A stretch of DNA of 64,000 nt from Octopus vulgaris (taxonomy: Eukaryota): assembly GCA_951406725.2 (NCBI GenBank), contig OX597827.1, positions 7,874,001 through 7,938,000 of the forward strand. Reading direction: 5' to 3'. Position 1 is the stretch's first letter. Each line of letters starts with the position of its first letter. The position numbers and the translations under genes are program-made. Positions 54,376-64,000 of the stretch are shown piece by piece. The notes below the pieces were generated by a model, which did not search any database, was not told the origin of the DNA, and saw only the letters and a list, made by a program, of their open reading frames with translations.

Positions 54376-54552
54376 CATATATATATACGACAGGCTTCTT
54401 TCAGTTTCCGTCTCCCAAATCCACTCACAAGGCATTGATCGGCTCGGGGCTATAGCAGAAGACACCTGCCCAAGATGCCACGCAGTGGGACTGAACCCGG
54501 AACCATGTGGCTGGTTAGCAAGCTACTTACCACACAGCCACTCCTGCGCCTA
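54122..54552 (-). mobile_element. SINE family A copy
   Basis: Similarity to other copies. Confidence 0.9.
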
Positions 54553-55266
54553 TATGTAAAATTAAGCCTATGTTACAGGCTTTAATGCACTGGAACGTTT
54601 TCCTCAATATGCACTGCTGAAATTGGACTGTGTCTCATATGTCTGTGTGTTTTTCAGAAGGTGTCATCAAATACAGTTTTTGAGTGGCCCTTCTAAGAAT
54701 GCAGACCAGTATGTTTTTGTGTATAGCTGCAGCACCACTCTAGATGTCTGAGCAGTACTTCGTTGAGGGCCTTACTTGAGCCTTGTGGTATGTCAGCAGC
54801 TATTAGAGGCTGAAATACTTTTTTGCCTTGGAGTAAAGTGTTAGTGTTTGGGATACAGTCCTTGCTATGCTAAGGATGTGCTTTTGCCAGGAAAGATGAA
54901 AGTGCAAAACAATTCTGGTCGAAGTAATAATGAATTTGAATGAATTTCAGGTGCTATTTCTAGCAGTCTCATCGACCAGCATAAAGGCTCCTTCATTAAT
55001 TCAGAACGAAGACGGAAGTGAATTTAGTTGCTATTTCTAGACTGTCGCTCTTTGTATAGTAAACCTCACCAAAGAGATATCGTAAACCGAGATAAAGTGA
55101 AAAACATGTTAAACTTCAGAATTGATGAAAATTTTGAAAAAGAATGTTTTGACTGGAATGGACAGATATGATATATGGTATTTGATGGTGTTTTATAAAA
55201 CACACTCTTTATTTAAAAAGATATATCCAAATAAATCACGCCATGTTCTATCTGTTAAGTCTGGTT

Positions 55267-55687
55267 GGATCTTTTCGGTTTGAACGGCAGTTTTTTCTAG
55301 CGGTGTCATATGAAATTGTCACCCATAATTATGACCCTAGTATCGATCTATTGCATTTCAATCTGTTTTAGGGTTAGGGTTAGGGGTGGGGAGAAGGGTA
55401 TCTTTTTTTCTTCACAAATGTAAATAAACCCAATCTGTTTCTTAAACGAGGGACATATTCATACGGCACAGAATGTTTTTTTTTACCTCAATAAACGTCA
55501 TTGATTGGTTGAAATTGCAGAAATTGAAGAAAAAAACAACAAATATCTTACAAACTATAGAATTTTCTCAATAAAGCCAAGAGAAAAAGATGTTTTATAA
55601 ACACATTCTACCAGTATAGGAAGTTTAAAAGTGTTTAGTTACGTGGAAATTATTTTTAAAAAACTGCCGGTCAAACCGAAAAGATCC
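55267..55687. mobile_element. MITE with 30-bp TIRs, apparent 2-bp TSD and internal TTAGGG repeats
   Basis: TT|GGATCTTTTCGGTTTGAACGGCAGTTTTTT ... AAAAAACTGCCGGTCAAACCGAAAAGATCC|TT. Confidence 0.9.
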
Positions 55688-55853
55688 TTAAATGCTTTAA
55701 TGCACTAGGTTATTTTTTATTTGAATATACGCTCCTGAAATTAGGGTCCGTGCAATATACCCGTTCCTCTTTTATGTGATCAAATACAGAAAGTACTTAA
55801 TAAACCTTACAAGTCTAAGGGAGATAATTCAACAAACTTTAGCTACTGAAGTT

Positions 55854-56078
55854 TTAACCCTTTCATTACTGTTTTTATTTTGAGATGCTCTGTGTCTATT
55901 TCAATCATTTTAAATATAACAAAGAATTTAGTAAAATAACTTAGTTATCATTAAGCTAGTGTTTGGAACATCAATTGTGACTAAGGCTTGGTGGAATATT
56001 TTAATGAAAAACTTATGAAAACAAGACATTTTATCACAGAGCCAGAGCCGGTTTCAGCCGGGTTGGTAACAAAAGGTT
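55854..56078. mobile_element. piggyBac-like (TTAA) MITE, degenerate
   Basis: TTAA|CCCTTTCATTAC ... GTAACAAAAGG|TT. Confidence 0.5.
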
Positions 56079-56569
56079 TTTTTTTTTAAATAATAATTAA
56101 ATGAGGAAACTAGTTTTGAATAGTTATTAATATTGAATATTTTCTTAATTTCTTCTCCATTTTTCCATATCAATAAAAGAAAGTGACAGCCGAAGAAATT
56201 CAAACTTAGAGAAAACTCAAAAAAAGACTTAAATGAATTGAATTTGTACAGAATTTGAGAAAAGATGAATGCATGTTTATAAATTAAAATTAATATGATT
56301 GATTAGAACAGAAAGAGCAAGCGTATGATCAAATTCAGGCGCCAGGCACAGCAATCGTACCAATTTTCAAACACTGTATAAAGCTCTAGGCTATCTACCA
56401 CGTCCTTCTTTGTTTTTAAATTATTAAGTCGTCATTTGAATGAATTTCAGCAGCTATTTCTAGCAGTCCCGTTGACCAGCATAAAGGCTCTTTCATTAAT
56501 TCAGAATGAAGACTGAAGCGAATTTGGCTGCTATTTCTAGACTGTCACTCGTTAGTCTAGAAATGTTCC

Positions 56570-56708
56570 GGATCTTTTCACTTTGACCGGCAGATTTTTT
56601 AAAATAATTTCTTTGTAACTAAACACTTTTAAAGGATCTTTTCACTTTGACCGGCAGATTTTTTAAATAAATTATTTTTAAAATCTGCCAGTCAAAGTGA
56701 AAAGATCC
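56570..56708. mobile_element. Deleted or rearranged relative of the 55267 MITE (three TIR copies)
   Basis: GGATCTTTTCACTTTGACCGGCAGATTTT at 56570 and 56634; inverted copy ending at 56708. Confidence 0.85.
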
Positions 56709-56834
56709 AATGTTCCTTCATTGGCTCAAGTATCTATGATTGTATTTCACTCAAATGTTTGATGAAGAAAAATCTTACTGGAAATTTTGTTAATAAAACA
56801 TTTTTAAAACAAAGTAATAAAAATATAATATATA

Positions 56835-57209
56835 TCTTTATATATAAAAGTAAGGTTGTGTGTCTGTCTCCTACGATTTAGATTCCTAACTACTCCCACA
56901 TTTTTCGGTAGGGTTTAACCAAACCGGGTATCTTATAGTCGTGATTCATATCGAGCCCTTCTGGTATTAGCGCGCATCACCGATGAGTCTACAATTTAAA
57001 AAATAATTTACCATCATTTTTTTCCATTTTAATGCATTTTTTCGCTATAATATAAGGGAAGTAACTCTCTAAAAATGTCTACGATGAGTGAACGATTTTA
57101 AAAAAAATTTACTATAATTTTTTTTTCCATTTTTTGGCTATAACTCTCTAAAAATGCTTATATAGTTATTTCCCTTACAAACCCAAGCAACGCCGGGCGA
57201 TACTGCTAG
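56835..57209 (+). mobile_element. Non-autonomous Helitron, both ends intact
   Basis: A|TCTTTATATATAAAAG ... CCCAAGCAACGCCGGGCGATACTGCTAG|T: 5' TC, 3' hairpin plus CTAG, inserted between A and T. Confidence 0.88.
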
Positions 57210-57990
57210 TATATATTAAAGTATAAATATTTTATCAAATAATTGAGATAAAATTAGTCAATTATTTGAATTGGAGATAACATAGAAATGAATAAGACCT
57301 ATTGAGTTTGTAACAAGATGACCTTTCTTGGAAATATAGATGAATTACCTACAGGGAATCTGTACATTTAAATTAGGAAAAGCTTATCTCCTTAAGATTA
57401 ATTCTCGTTACAAACTATTTTTTAAACATGTTATACTGAACTATGAATTTAAAGGGTAAGGGAGGTAATTGCTGAATACTTATCTCCCTTGGATCATAAG
57501 ACCCAAAATGCCAGCCTATAATATATTTGTATGGTTATCGATGGAGACAGGAAATGATAACTATCGTTATGTATTCAATCTCACTGCGTGATTAGGCCCA
57601 TATAAGCTCTTTACATTTTGTTTTGTCCACGTTAGGGTGAAGACTGAACCAACGATTTTCATTATTATTTAGCAATTCATCAATATTGATAAGAGACTAG
57701 GATTCACACAGCAGAGGTCAAGTATTCTAATTTGTAGTCATCATACAAATGAGTTGTGTTTACAATATCTAATATTCTTTTATATATTACTAGTTCCAGT
57801 AATATATAATTATATCCCAGATGGAGCTTTTAGTCAAACGAATCAACTCTAGTACTTATTTTTTTAAGATTGGTCTCTTTTGCTGAGCCACTAAGTTACA
57901 TAGGCGTAACCACCAATTGTCAAGAGATGTTGGAGGACAAAAACAGACAAAACACACAAACACACACAAACAGACAGATATAGATACAGA

Positions 57991-58468
57991 TATTCTGAAC
58001 GCCTTACTTCCCTGGGCATGGACACATTAAAACTCCGACGTCTGGCAGCTGACTTGGCAGACACCCATAAAATTATTAACCATCTTACAAACAATAACTC
58101 TGAGCACCTTTTCAAACTCCACCTGTTTAACACCCGTGGACATGTTTACAAGGTCAGAAAACAGCACAGCTCCTTCCATAACTTCAGGAAACATTTTTCC
58201 ACGCTGAGAGTTGCTGAAGCATGGAACAAACTGCTGGCATCAGTTGTTAGTTGTCAGAGCACTGCATCTTTCAAAACTTCCATGCTTCCTGAAATTCGCC
58301 AACAATACACCTGATTTTCTCCCCTCCATACACACACAAGCATGTATCTGGCTCATACACTGTTCACTTCCCAGACATTTGTACATTACTGCATGTACTT
58401 TATATGCACTTTCTGACAAGTTGTGGTGCACCTGAACACTGTATGCAATAATTTCATTATTATTATTA
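57991..58468 (+). mobile_element. CR1/L2-group LINE family E 3' fragment nested in a minus-strand SINE A
   Basis: ORF 58018-58314 with TRGH and WNKL motifs; SINE halves at about 57825-57985 and 58479-58585. Confidence 0.9.
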
Positions 58469-58884
58469 TATATATCTATATGATTGGCTTCTTTCAGTTT
58501 CCATCTACCAAATCCACTTACAGGGCTCTTTGAGTTGCATCTGGAGCCATGTGGATAGAAAGGAAACTTTTTACCACATGGCCATAAATATTGTTTCTTT
58601 TAATCTGTTACTTCACCTAAGCATCTCAAAAGAATGAGGTGAACAAATATTTCATTAAATAACAACAAAACTAAAGACACAAAGATATGCCTCTTCCATC
58701 TTTGTATAACATATGCTGCATTGATTACTGGAGTGAAGATCTATACACTTATGCATGTATATTTATTTCTTCTTAGAAAATCTTCATCTTAACCCAAAAC
58801 ATGTTTTCACATCATTTAGACTAGTATATGAAAAATGTACAATACCCTTATCATGACATATTAATTAATTAATTTTACCTTAAC

Positions 58885-59187
58885 ATGGTGGCACATAAAA
58901 AGTGCTATCCGAATCGTGGCCGATGCCAGCGTCGCCTCGACTGGCTTCCGTGCCAGTGCCACGTAAAATGCACCAATCCGATCATGGCTGTTGCCAGCCT
59001 CGCCTGGCACCTGTGCAGGTGGCACGTAAAAAGCACCCACTGCACTCACGGAGTGGTTGGCGTTAGGAAGGGCATCCAGCTGTAGAAACACTGCCAGATC
59101 AGACTGGAGCCTGGTGCAGCCTTCTGGCTTCCCAGATCCCCGGTCGAACCGTCCAACCCATGCTAGCATGGAGAACTGACGCTAAAC

Positions 59188-59223
<36 letters not shown>
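58885..59223 (+). mobile_element. SINE-like family C copy
   Basis: Similarity to other copies, (GAT)n tail. Confidence 0.85.
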
Positions 59224-59224
<1 letters not shown>

Positions 59225-59383
59225 GCCACTGAGAACAGTTTACTGTAACCCCTTAGTGCAGGTGCAAATGGGTGTAAGGTTTTTCTCTACCATGTAACAG
59301 TAGTTTTTAAACAAAACATGAGCTATGTAATAAAGAGAAATTGCTCTGTTTTAATTACCTCGTTCGATAGATTTTTCTTCTAA

Positions 59384-59863
59384 ACATTTTAAGATAAAGA
59401 GTAGATGTTTCACAACAAATACATTCCTTCACAAAACGCTCATTGTGAGAGTACAGTGTACCATGTGACACATTTATGCAACCATTTCACTAAGGAAATA
59501 TTTCTAAGAAGAAGAAATTATCCAGAAACATTAGGGGTATTCCTTCATCTCGAACTGGAATCTCGCAGACTGAAATCCATTTTCTGGTGAAGCAGAAACA
59601 AGGCATATCTTTGTGAAGCTAATATTTCTTAAAAACAGACAAAAGAAAAAAAAAGCCCTCATAAATGTAATAATCATAATAATTAGATTATTGTATATGG
59701 TGCTCAGACGCAGTATAACTTGTTGGAAAAGGTAGCCAAAAGTGCATATACAGTACATTGAATGATACATAAAAAATGAACAGAGAGTCATTTTATAAAA
59801 GGGTGGTCATCAGTCATATTGTTGGCAAATTTTAGGAAGCATGGAAGTTTTGTATGATGTAGT
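59384..59863 (-). repeat. Inverted duplication arm A'
   Basis: Reverse complement of 53428-53898. Confidence 0.92.
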
Positions 59864-60235
59864 ATTCTGACAGCTAACAATTAATACAGGTAGTTTTTTC
59901 CATGCTTCTGTAAGTGCGAGCATGAAAAAATGCATCCGAGAGTTATGGGTACTGTGTTGTTTTCTGATTTTTTTAAACATATTGAATTAAAAAAAGTACA
60001 CAAGGTTGTTGTAGAAAAGATGGTGGATACTTTTAATAATAATAATAATAATAATGAAATTATTGTATTCAGTGCTCAGGTGCACCACAACTTGTCAGAA
60101 AGTAGCAGATTAAAAGAAACAATATTTATGGCTATGTGGTAAAAAGCTTCCTTTCTATCCCCATGGCTCTGTTGCAAGACTCAAAGAGCCTTGTGAGTGG
60201 ATTTGGTAGATGGAGACTGAAAGAAGCCAATCATA

Positions 60236-60639
60236 TAATAATAATAATGAAATTATTGTATACAGTGCTCAGGTGCACCACAACTTGTCAGAAAGTGCAT
60301 ATAAAGCATATGCAGTAATGTACAAATGTCTGGGAAGTGAACAGTGTATGAGTCGGATACATGCTTGTGTGTGTATGGAGGGGAGAAAATCAGGTGTAGT
60401 GTTGGCGAATCTCAGGAAGCATGGAAGTTTTGAAGGATGCAGTGCTCCGACAACTAACAACTGATGCCGGCAGTTTGTTCCATGCTTCAGCAACTCTTAG
60501 CGTGAAAAAATGTTTCCTAAAGTCATGGGAGCTGTGCTGTTTTCTGACTTTGTAAATATGTCCACAGGTGTTAGACGGGTGGAGTTTGAAAAGGTGCTCA
60601 GAGTTATTGTGGGTGTCTACCAAATCAGTTACTAGATGT
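60236..60639 (-). mobile_element. CR1/L2-group LINE family E 3' fragment (part of inverted duplication B')
   Basis: ORF 60390-60623(-) matches ORF 58018; shared downstream flank. Confidence 0.9.
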
Positions 60640-61995
60640 GTACAGAGTTACCTGATAAAAAGAGCATCTTCCTCAGAATTAAAAAGAACAATATTTCTGT
60701 TGTTTTGTGCAGGGGGATGAGTTTGATGGTGAGTGAAGAAATTTATTTGTTGATGATTTCATGTGTAATCATAGTTGTGAGGTTAATAAGCTATTAAGGA
60801 CAGTTTCCAAATGAACATTAACATTGACTGATTTTTAGCAGACACTTAAATGAAATATTAGATCCATTGATTGGGACTGGAAGGAACTCTTTCAGATATT
60901 TATCTTCATATAAAGAATCTAAGGTAAGACAACCTAGGAAGAACTATATTTCTTAAGATGACTTGGTACCAAAGCTCAAGATAAATTCTAAAATGTTGCT
61001 ACTCCCTTGAAGTGAACTGCAATTCATGCATGAAAGAAATGGTTTCTAGCAAGTTTGAGAAAGATGATATTTTGCTGAGGATGTCTAATAATACTGAGAT
61101 GTATCTGGATTAACTCCCTTACTAGCTGAAATTATAAAAATAATATTAATCATTGCTTACTGAATGTATGTTGTCTCTTTTCCTACACATAAGTAGATAT
61201 TTGATACTTTTAGAAGGTTCGGCACAAATACCAGCTTGATGCCTGGTATTAGTAACACCACCAAAGGCTACAATATGAAAAGGATTTGTAAAAATAACTA
61301 TACTACATCATCCAGTATGCAGGTAAACAATGAACACATTCAGGTCTTAGGTAGAGGGGTCCCTTTGATAGGAAAATATATTATGGCCCTCATCCAATGC
61401 TAGTACATCCAGCAATAAGCTTACAACTTTGGGCACCCAAAGTAGATTCAGGAGAGAACAACCGTAAGTAATTGGGGAATTGGAATGTCGCAATTTCTGA
61501 TGATGAAATTTTATTGAGTTTAAAAGAATTTTGTATGATTAAACATGTTGCAGAGTATGCCACTTTGGATGCTTACCTGAATTATTTGGGTATATTTTAT
61601 CAATTTCTGAAGTTAGCTACTTGTAATTAAAACATGAATAATAGGTAAAAGGCATCTATTTTGATAATTAACCTTCTGATAGCACACAAAATGCTATTCA
61701 TTTTTTAAACATATAATTTATATAAAAATATTCCATTGAAATTTTAAGTTGGAATCTTTTAAGTTATGTTTCAAAAGTTTGTCATTAGGAACGGCATTCA
61801 CACATAGGAATCAAGCCAAAACAGACAACTTGAACCTGGTACAATTCTCTGGCTTATCAGCTCTAGTCAAGCTATGTAACCCCTGGAAAATGGACATTAA
61901 ATGATGATGATGATGATGATAATTCAACCCTTCCATATTCTTGATTCTTTGGGTAACATATTTTATTAGAAATATTGCCACATCGGAAAGTTAGA

Positions 61996-62150
61996 ATTGA
62001 ACATTAGAAATCCAATATTGTGCTGATAGATAGGGAGAAAAATCGTGCCTGATCATTGATATTGCTTGCTCTGGGGACAACAGAATTACCACAAAAGAAG
62101 AAAAACTGATGAGATATGAAGCTCTGAAGACAGATATGAAAGTGCTATAT
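61996..62150 (+). mobile_element. R4/Hero-type restriction-like endonuclease fragment
   Basis: IEH*KSNIVLIDREK then, after a frameshift, SCLIIDIACSGDNRITTKEEKLMRYEALK; matches the RLE pattern PD..IID/E..K..Y in decayed form. Confidence 0.7.
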
Positions 62151-62293
62151 ATGGGTGCTTTTACACAGTACCACATGTGTGCTTTTTACATGGCACTGCA
62201 CTGGCATTTCTACATGGCATTCCATGGGTATGTTTATGGGATGTTGTACAGGCACTTATACACCTGATATTTATATATATATATATACTGTTG

Positions 62294-62769
62294 TTAAATT
62301 AAGTTAAGTTAAGTTAATTTTTTGGCTCAAAAAGCAAAAAGCAAGGCCATGTAGGGGCACATAGAGTTATGTACAGGGTGGTGTTCATGCAAAGAGTTCA
62401 GGCCATTTCTGGTCAAGAGAGACTTTGAACCAAGCGGTCGTCGGCATCTTCACTATCTCGTCCGGCAGCTTATTCCACGGATCCACAACCAGGACGGAGA
62501 AAGCCCCTCTCCTTCGATTGAGATGAAATCGTCGCAGATAGAGCTTTTCGGAGTGACCCCGCAGCTGACGCTCTGGAGCAGGAGTGAAGAACAGCTCTTT
62601 CGAGAGGTTACACTTTCCGCTTATGATGTTGTGAGCAAGAATGAGATCACCACGGCGGCGGCGTTTTTCTAGAGAATAAAGGTCGAGCGTCATCAGCCTT
62701 TCTTCATAAGACAAATGCTTGAGACCAAGAACCATGCGGGTAGCCAGCTTCTGGACTCTTTCGAGATGG
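62294..62769 (-). mobile_element. CR1-like LINE 3' fragment (family F), young
   Basis: Open frame LERVQKLATRMV...SYEERL...LEKRRRRGDLI...LRGH...WNKLP; short UTR and (TTAAC)n tail. Confidence 0.92.
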
Positions 62770-63424
62770 AAGAGTCATTCTCTTTTAGTGTCTTATGATT
62801 TAACACATTCACCGGTAAAATTTCCACTTATTTCTTATTTTTATTTTCCTAAAATTTTCGTTGCCTCTTACAACTTTTTCAACAGTTTTGACTCTGTCCG
62901 TTATTCACACTGCGTTCCCTTTTGTTTGTTTGTGCACATGTGTGTTTTGGTTAGTGTGTGTGTGTGTGTGCCTACACATGCATGTATGTATGTATGCATG
63001 TGTGTGTATGCATGTATGTGCGTGTGCTTATGTATATATGTATGTATGTGTGTATATTTGTATTATGTATTCTACATATTCATGTGTTTCTGTATCTGTG
63101 TTTGTGTGTTTTTATGTATGTGTGTGTGCATGTGCATGTGTGTGTGTTTGTATGTGTGTGTGTGTTTGTGTTTTGCAACTATGTACCGTGTTTGTATGTA
63201 TGGATGTGCATCTCTATATGTGTGGACATGTGTCTCCATATGTGTCCTTGTGTGAAGTAAAGTGTGTGTGTATATACGGTCATGTGCTTCAGTCTTCATT
63301 TGTGTATGTGTGCATATGTGTGCTTGTCTGTTCATATAACCTATGTACCTATCCGTCTGTATGTTGAGCTGTTTACTTTCATATCCGTATGCTTATATAC
63401 ATGTGCATATACATATATATACAT

Positions 63425-63589
63425 ACGTTCTGAGTTCAATTTCCGCCGGGGTCGACTTTGCCTTTCATCCTTTCGTGGTCGGTAAATAAAGTACCAGTTT
63501 CGCACTGGGGTCGATGTAATCGACTTAATCCCTTAGTCTGTCCTTGTTTGTCCCCTCTATGTTTAGCCCCTTGTGGGCAGTAAAGAAAT
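63425..63589 (+). mobile_element. SINE family B, 5'-truncated
   Basis: Similarity to other copies. Confidence 0.85.
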
Positions 63590-63708
63590 ATATATACATA
63601 CACCCACACACCCACACATACATACATCTATCTACATAACAGCCCGCTAACTATTCTACTCTACCTGTCTAAATTGGGGGTATGGGGGTATGATATCAAC
63701 TATGTATA

Positions 63709-64000
63709 TTACCTATTTAGTATTGGGGAAGTTTCATTTATGAGGACATACTCCTGTATTTGTCTGAGTGTTGGGTCCTTTGGGTGCTTGGATAAGATGC
63801 AGATGTCAAGTTGACCCAGGTTGCCTCCAAGTAGGTCCTTGGCTTGTTGGTAGAGTATGGAGGACTGTTTTTTTGTCATCATCTTGTCTAAAATGTTCAT
63901 TTAGTCATTCCACAATGCTCCTAGACGTCTCCCCTCTGTACATCATGTTTATGTACTTACAAGCACATTCTATGCATCTTATGCTGTAAACTACATTTCT
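63709..64000 (-). mobile_element. Penelope-like element GIY-YIG endonuclease remnant
   Basis: Minus strand: NVVYSIRCIEC...YRGETSRSIVE*LNEH then, after a frameshift, SSILYQ...IL....TLRQIQEYVLINETSPILN; fits the PLE GIY-YIG pattern with CxxC; runs off the window edge. Confidence 0.8.

Noticed and set aside
55368-55391. Telomere or chromosome-fusion relic
   Set aside because: Only three units and located inside a MITE
57458-57490. Hairpin AAGGGAGGTAA...TTATCTCCCTT as miRNA precursor
   Set aside because: Stem too short; the AGGGAGATAA motif recurs elsewhere as a repeat-derived motif
61214-61322. Possible plus-strand exon (ttttag|AAGG...GCAG|gtaaac)
   Set aside because: Weak polypyrimidine tract, unrecognisable peptide, no partner exons

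Overview
AT-rich animal genomic DNA dense in microsatellites and transposon relics. The SINE families and repeat landscape resemble Octopus (inferred by recall, no database search). I see no intact protein-coding gene; almost all ORFs in the track are translations of microsatellites or SINEs. Recognisable content: at least four SINE-like families in many copies; 3' fragments of CR1/L2-, RTE- and R4/Hero-type LINEs; a Penelope-like GIY-YIG remnant; Tc1/mariner relics; several MITEs; two non-autonomous Helitrons; very long GAA, GGT, GAT and AAT tracts. A 39-nt minus-strand candidate micro-exon suggests the window may lie in the introns of an unidentified large gene. Most noteworthy: a clustered A>G-mutated duplicate in a LINE tail (possible fossil of ADAR editing), an RTE tail with three C2H2 fingers in an open frame, a degenerate hammerhead-like motif, two interleaved inverted duplications, and a TTAGGG-bearing MITE family with a 75-bp hairpin derivative. 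I found no convincing evidence of a complete novel multi-gene system.
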